A program made the translations under genes and the position numbers. Shown piece by piece: positions 59,301 to 64,000 of a stretch of DNA of 64,000 nt. How positions within the stretch are numbered: the stretch's first letter is position 1; each line of letters begins with the position of its first letter. The DNA lies in contig CAVXEP010000018.1 in NCBI GenBank assembly GCA_963760795.1, forward strand, positions 15,241 through 79,240, in the 5' to 3' direction. This stretch comes from an uncultured delta proteobacterium (GTDB taxonomy: Bacteria; Desulfobacterota; Binatia; UBA9968). The notes below the pieces were generated by a model, which was given only the letters and a program-made list of their open reading frames with translations, was not told the origin of the DNA and ran no database searches.

Positions 59301-60016
59301 GCGCCGCCAAGGCTGCATCGTCGAACCCCCGGCGCTGCCAAAGCGCGTAGTCGCCATACTGCACCGGCAACTCGGCGAGGGAAGCGGCTTCGGCTGCGCC
59401 GCCGTTGGCGTAAAGCGCTTCGAGTTCACGGTAAAACAGATCGAGCGAGCGGCCATCGCACACCGCCTGGTGCGCGACAAAAACGAAAACATGGTCTTGG
59501 CGATCGAGTTGAAGCAGCGTAACGCGCAGCAGCGGTTCGGCGCTAAGATTGAAACAATGGCCAGCTTCGGCGCCCACCCGCAGGCCGATTTCCTCGTCAC
59601 GGAGATTGACGCGCGATATGGCGCAAATCGAACATTTGCAGCGCCGGCGCGGTCAACGGCAAGACCTGCTGCAGCGGCCGATCGCCGTCATTCGCCAACA
59701 CTGTGCGCAGCACTTCGTGGCGCTGCACGATACGCTGCACGCAACGGCTGAGCAGCGTGACGTCGAGCGCCCCCTTGAGACGCCAAGCGCGGGCGACGTT
59801 GTAAACCGCACTGGCCGGCTCCCACTGCTGCAAAAACCACAAGCGCTCCTGAGCGAATGACAGCGGCACGACTGCGCCGCTGGGGCGCGGCGTGATTGCG
59901 CTCGCAGCACCAGCGTCTGAATCAGTACTTTTGTCCCGCAGCCGCGCCAGTAAACGCAGCTTGGCCGCGCCCAGCGCGGCGCCGGACTGGGGCTTGGAGT
60001 GGCGAGTCGTGTTCAT
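53366..60016 (-). pseudogene. NRPS gene B: C-A-T-C-A-T (modules 2 and 3), many frame breaks as assembled
   Basis: ATG 60016 (MNTTRHS). C: LSFAQERLWFL, RHEVLRT, AHQAVCDG 59452-59475. A2: LTYGRLN, LKAGAAYLPLDP, YVIYTSGSTGHPKGV, FDIAAAE, NLYGPTE, GELYIGGAGVARGY, YRTGDL, KLRGYRIELGEIE, PLTPNGKVDRRAL. T2: FFQLGGHS (56826-56828). C: LSFSQRRLWFL, HHIIADG 56231-56251. A3 (Lys2-like): YIAFTSGSSGEPKAV, SGLAYSHLHRDLF, FYGATETQRA, YRTGEL, NIRGFRVELAEIE. T3: FFRLGGHS (53543-53545). Stop at 53366. Confidence 0.8.
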
Positions 60017-60020
60017 TCTA

Positions 60021-61952
60021 TTAATCGTCACCCAGCGCCCGGTAAATCTGCTCGGGCGCCATGCCATCGATCTCGAGCATGAGTCGCGCGCTTTCCGCCG
60101 CTGCGCCTGGGCAACGTTCTTGAGCCGTGATCCATGCCGCGAGCTGCGCCACGGTCGGCGTGGCAAATAGTGTTTTCAATGGCTGGGTCAAGGCAAACAG
60201 TTGGTTCACCCGTGCGACAATTGCGTTGGCCAGGAGCGAGTCGCCGCCAAGGGCGAAGAAATCGTCAGCGCTGCCCAATTCCTCCAACTGCAAGACCTCG
60301 CGCCAAAGCTGCACCAGGACGGTCTCCAGTTGGTTCCGCGGCGCGGCATAAGGAACATCGAGGGCGGCGCGCGAATGGCGCGCCTCCGGCAATCCACGCC
60401 GGTCGATCTTGCCGCTGCGGGTCATCGGCAGGCGGGCCAATTGAACAAACGCGGCGGGAATCATGTAATCGGGTAATTTTTCTTGCAACGCGCCGCGGAT
60501 TTGACTCACGTTCATGGCGGTACCGGCCCGCAAGACGACGTAGGCCAATAACCGCGCGCCGCCATCGCGCTGCTGCCGTGCCACCACCGCCGCTTGTACG
60601 ATGCCGACGATCTCGAGCAAGGCGATTTCAACTTCGGCAAGCTCGACCCGGTGGCCTCTAATTTTGGCTTGCAAATCTTTTCTGCCGACATGAACCAGAC
60701 AACCATCCGGCCGCAAATAACCTAGGTCGCCGGAAAGAAATATGCGCGCGTCGCTGCCGGCGGGATCGGTTAAGAACTTGGCTTGGGTCAATTCCGGACG
60801 ACGCCAATAGCCGCTGGCGAGAAAGCGGCTCTTTACCGCGATTTCACCGACAGTGTTTGCCGCCACCGGCTTTCCCGCTTCGTCCAGCACGGCGATTTCG
60901 TAACCGTCCAAGGCAAAGCCAACCGGCACCACCGGTTCTTCGACGATGCTATTCTTGTCGATGAAAAAATAGCTGGCGGTCTTGGTCTCGCTGATGCCAA
61001 GCCGGTTGACCAACCGGCAGCCGTCGATGAAGTGTTGCTTGAACAACTCGATGTCGGATTGAAACAGCGCCTCGCCGCCGAGATGAACCAAGCGAACACT
61101 AGGGAAAGTGGCGTGGTGGTCGACGTTGCGCAGCGCGTGGCGAAACACACTGGCGACACAAGTGAAGAACCGTGATCTCATCACCGATCAGCCAGTCGGC
61201 CAAACCGGCCAGTCCCTCTTCCTTGAGTTCCAACAGACACAGCGCCGCGCCATTGAGCAATCCCAGGAGCGCATCGGAAGTGGCGCCGACGTTGTGCGAG
61301 CGCAGCAGGCTGATGCGATCCGACGGTGTAATTGCCAACGCTTTGGCCTTGACCAGAATGCTATGCAACTCGCTGCCATGGTCCGACATGACGCCTTTGG
61401 GCTCGCCGGTGGAGCCGGAAGTGTAGTTGATATAGGCGATGGCGCTGGGCGCGATCGCCAACCCGAGATTGCTGTCGGCGAGATCGTCCTTGAGCGCGTC
61501 GAGATTGATCACGATAACATCGCCCCCGGCAAGCTCACGGGCGCAGCGATAGTGCTCGCTGTCGGTGACGATCGCGCGCGCGCCCTGCGTCTTCAATCAG
61601 CCGGGCGGCCCGCGCTTGCGGTAGTTTGTCGTCGATCTGGACAAACGGCCGGCCGGTCTTGAGCACCGCCAGGTTCGCTGTGATCAGCGCGCTTCCGTGT
61701 TTGAAGAGCAACGCGATCGGTTCGTCGCCTGCCGGCGATGCAGTCAAGATCGCACGGCCCAGCCGGTTCGCCGCGCGATTCAGTTGATCGTAGGTCAGCG
61801 CCTGATTCAAAGTTTTCAGGGCGAGGCGCGCGCCATGGAGCGCCACCTGCTGTTCGAAGCGGCCGGTGAGCGATTGCGCTGCCCCAGAGATACCGCGGGA
61901 ACAGATTCTCAGACGATCGTTTTCGCTGTGGTTTGGCCAGCCGTCGAGTCAT
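60021..61952 (-). pseudogene. NRPS gene A: loading module A-T, about three frame breaks as assembled
   Basis: ATG 61952. LTYDQLNRAANRLG; YINYTSGSTGEPKGV 61390-61434; GISETK (A5 variant); GEIAVKS..LASGYW; LSGDLG; KIRGHRVELAEVE; T domain FFALGGDS (Ser 60237-60239). TAA at 60021, 4 nt before gene B. Confidence 0.8.
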
Positions 61953-61994
61953 GAGCGCTAAAAAACTTTCGGGGATTTTTTCCGGCGGCGACGG

Positions 61995-64000
61995 CTAACG
62001 AAACCGAGTTGAATCACTTTCGCCCATAGTCAGGAAGCCAGTCATCGCCAGAGCGGCGAAAAGTTCCCGCGCGGCGCTCGACTCTTGGCGCGCCTGCTCA
62101 AGGTTTCCCGCCACCCCATAGACTTGGGCAAGCGCCGCATGACAATGCGCCTGGAGCGGCCGCATCGCCATATCACTGGCAAGACTCAACGCTTCGCGAT
62201 AGTGCCCCTCGGCCTGCTCGATTTGTTTAACGGTGAGGCGCATGGCGATATCGCCGCGCAGCTTGAGCGCCAAAGCGCCATGACCCGGCTCTTTGTGTTG
62301 TTTGGATAACTCACAGGCACGATCCGCCAAGACCATCGCTTCGTCGATGCGATTGGCGCTCAAGTAGGCGTCGCTCAGCCAAGCGAGATTAAGCGCCAAG
62401 AACCCAGCCCGGCCCACCGCGGCGGAATCTTCGATGCTTTGCTCGAGTAGCCGCAACCCTTCAGCCTGACGGCCGGCACGGACATAAGCGTAACCCAGTC
62501 GCGGCGCAACCAAGGGCACATAAATCGCGATATGTTTCTCCTCGCACAGAGTCATCGCCCGCTCCAAGACTGGTATCGCTTCGTGAAAGTCACCCTTGAA
62601 AAGATACAGAAAACCGAGACTGGCGTTGACGTGAATCTGACTCACCGGATGATTCGCCTCATCGGCGATCTGCACGCCCTCGGCGCCGCGCTCCAGCCCT
62701 TCGGCAAAATCCCCGGTCATCGCCAAGGATTGCAACAAATGGCTGCGAAAGATCACCGAAAGAATCACCGTGGTGCCGAAACGTTGGTGGCGCAAAGCCC
62801 CCTCGACGCTTTGCATGCCGCTGCGCAGCACCGTCGCGGCGCGCCCATACTGGGCGACTTTGTTGTAAGCCACTCCGGTGTAGTAACTGGCCACCGCCCG
62901 CAATGCGGTGTCCTCTTGGGTGGCCGGCATCGCCAAGGCACGCTGGCCGGCTGCGATCGCCCGCTCGGGATCGCCGATCAAACCGTAATAACTATTTTGA
63001 AAATTGAGCACCCGCGCCAAGCGCCGGCTGTCGCCGATCCGTTCGGCGAGCGTCTCGGCTTGCGTCAGATGGTCACCGACCCGCGGTAAATCGCCGCGCA
63101 GAAACAGCACGTTGCGGCAGTCCAGGTGCAGATCGATGCGCTGCTCAAGTCGCGCCGCGGTTTCCGGCAGATGGCCGAGCGCTTCAAAGGCGCGGGTATA
63201 GTTATCAAAGGCCTCGCCGAAAGCCGAATGGCTCATCGCCTTGGCGCCCGCTTGGCTCATATAGTCGGCGGCTTTTTCCCATAACTCGCCGCGAAACGCG
63301 TGGTCCGCGAGCGCTTCAATCTCGTCGAGCGGATTGCCGCCGCTTAGCCGCTCGATCGCCGCCGCAGTCTGCGCATGCAGCGCTGTCTTGCGCTCGTGCA
63401 ATAATGCGCCGTACACCACTTCGTTGATCAACGCGTGGGTAAATTTGTATTCCAACTTGGGATATAAGTTGCTTTCATAAAGAAACTCGCCGGTTTGTAA
63501 ATGGCTCAAGGCGCCGCGCAGTTCTTCTTCCGGCAATCCCGTGATGCCATGGAGCAGCCGCTCGGGAACGATCATGCCGATGACCGCGGCGCTTTGCAGT
63601 AGTTGTTTCTCCAGCGCCGGCAAGCGATCGATGCGATCGGCGAGAACCGTTTGCACGGTGTTGGGAATACGAATGTTCTCGACCTGCACCCCCGGGCGAT
63701 AGTTTCCCTTCGCGCCAATCAGAATGCCCGAAGCGGTCAAAGAGCGCACGCTCTCTTCGACGAAGAACGGGTTACCATCCGTCCGGCTGATCAGCAGCTG
63801 TTTGACCGTCGCCAGATCGCCATGAGCGCCCATCAGCGCATCGAGCAACTCTTCCGCGCCTGCCGCCGTTAATGGATTGAGACGTAAACGGCTGTAGTGC
63901 TCTTTATTGGCCCATGCGTGGCTGTAGCCCGGCCGGTAATTGACCACTAAGCAGATCCGCCCGCTCGGCAGCCGATCGACTAAAGCGTCGAGAAACGCTT
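61995..64000 (-). CDS. STAND-type AAA ATPase with C-terminal TPR repeats (regulator-like), 5' end outside the window
   Basis: The frame stays open to position 64000 (...KRFLDALVDRLPSGRICLVVNYRPGYSHAW...). NPFFVEE motif, followed by about 450 aa of TPR-like helices. This resembles the C-terminal two thirds of adenylate-cyclase/LuxR-associated AAA+TPR regulators. Confidence 0.75.
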   Translation of the reverse strand, partial: AFLDALVDRLPSGRICLVVNYRPGYSHAWANKEHYSRLRLNPLTAAGAEELLDALMGAHGDLATVKQLLISRTDGNPFFVEESVRSLTASGILIGAKGNYRPGVQVENIRIPNTVQTVLADRIDRLPALEKQLLQSAAVIGMIVPERLLHGITGLPEEELRGALSHLQTGEFLYESNLYPKLEYKFTHALINEVVYGALLHERKTALHAQTAAAIERLSGGNPLDEIEALADHAFRGELWEKAADYMSQAGAKAMSHSAFGEAFDNYTRAFEALGHLPETAARLEQRIDLHLDCRNVLFLRGDLPRVGDHLTQAETLAERIGDSRRLARVLNFQNSYYGLIGDPERAIAAGQRALAMPATQEDTALRAVASYYTGVAYNKVAQYGRAATVLRSGMQSVEGALRHQRFGTTVILSVIFRSHLLQSLAMTGDFAEGLERGAEGVQIADEANHPVSQIHVNASLGFLYLFKGDFHEAIPVLERAMTLCEEKHIAIYVPLVAPRLGYAYVRAGRQAEGLRLLEQSIEDSAAVGRAGFLALNLAWLSDAYLSANRIDEAMVLADRACELSKQHKEPGHGALALKLRGDIAMRLTVKQIEQAEGHYREALSLASDMAMRPLQAHCHAALAQVYGVAGNLEQARQESSAARELFAALAMTGFLTMGESDSTRFR

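Noticed and set aside
48601-61952. Programmed ribosomal frameshifting as an explanation for the NRPS frame changes
   Set aside because: There are far too many sites, in both +1 and -1 directions, without slippery heptamers or downstream structures. Sequencing error or decay is the parsimonious explanation.
1-64000. CRISPR arrays, tRNA/rRNA genes, transposases, integrases
   Set aside because: The only periodic repeats are 7-9-bp satellites without spacers. I saw no T-loop/anticodon-arm-like structures or rRNA-like conserved blocks, and no DDE/tyrosine-recombinase motifs in any frame. This was scanned by eye only, and small ncRNAs cannot be excluded.

Overview
High-GC bacterial chromosomal segment that looks like an environmental or metagenome-derived assembly. 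I recognised no rRNA, tRNA, CRISPR array, transposase or integrase.

Layout:
- 0-17.9 kb and 22-42 kb: catabolic and housekeeping genes. These include four amidohydrolase-2 paralogs, a DapA-like aldolase, an AtzE/GatA-like amidase with a small GatC/AtzG-like partner, hyuA/hyuB, a ThDP enzyme, VOC-fold proteins, SDRs, alpha/beta hydrolases, NMT1-type binding proteins, a Mo-hydroxylase large subunit, and an ECF sigma/anti-sigma pair.
- 17.7-22.1 kb: a lower-GC mosaic islet. It holds an intact mazEF-type toxin-antitoxin pair, a decayed tandem copy of its surroundings, a HEPN-like gene, an orphan transglutaminase + Anbu (proteasome-like) pair bracketed by ~140-bp direct repeats, and several gene remnants.
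- 42.2-44.4 kb: a pocket of disrupted genes, next to a consensus sigma-54 promoter and a GAF-type enhancer-binding protein with a non-canonical GAFTGA loop.
- 46.4-64 kb: a single-strand array on the minus strand. The order is STAND/TPR regulator, a four-module NRPS (A-T / C-A-T-C-A-T / dock-C-A-T-C, no TE), a signal-peptide alpha/beta hydrolase, and a small Lys/Ala-rich protein.

The NRPS is the most interesting system. As assembled, its reading frame changes about two dozen times although every core motif is intact. About fifteen further apparent frameshifts lie elsewhere, many at homopolymer runs. Sequencing error versus genuine decay must be resolved before any functional claim.

Intergenic DNA is packed with several families of short repeats and MITE-like inverted repeats, and two of these also sit inside NRPS coding sequence.

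Labelling rule: genes with one apparent frameshift are typed CDS. Genes with two or more disruptions, or a truncation, are typed pseudogene ('as assembled').
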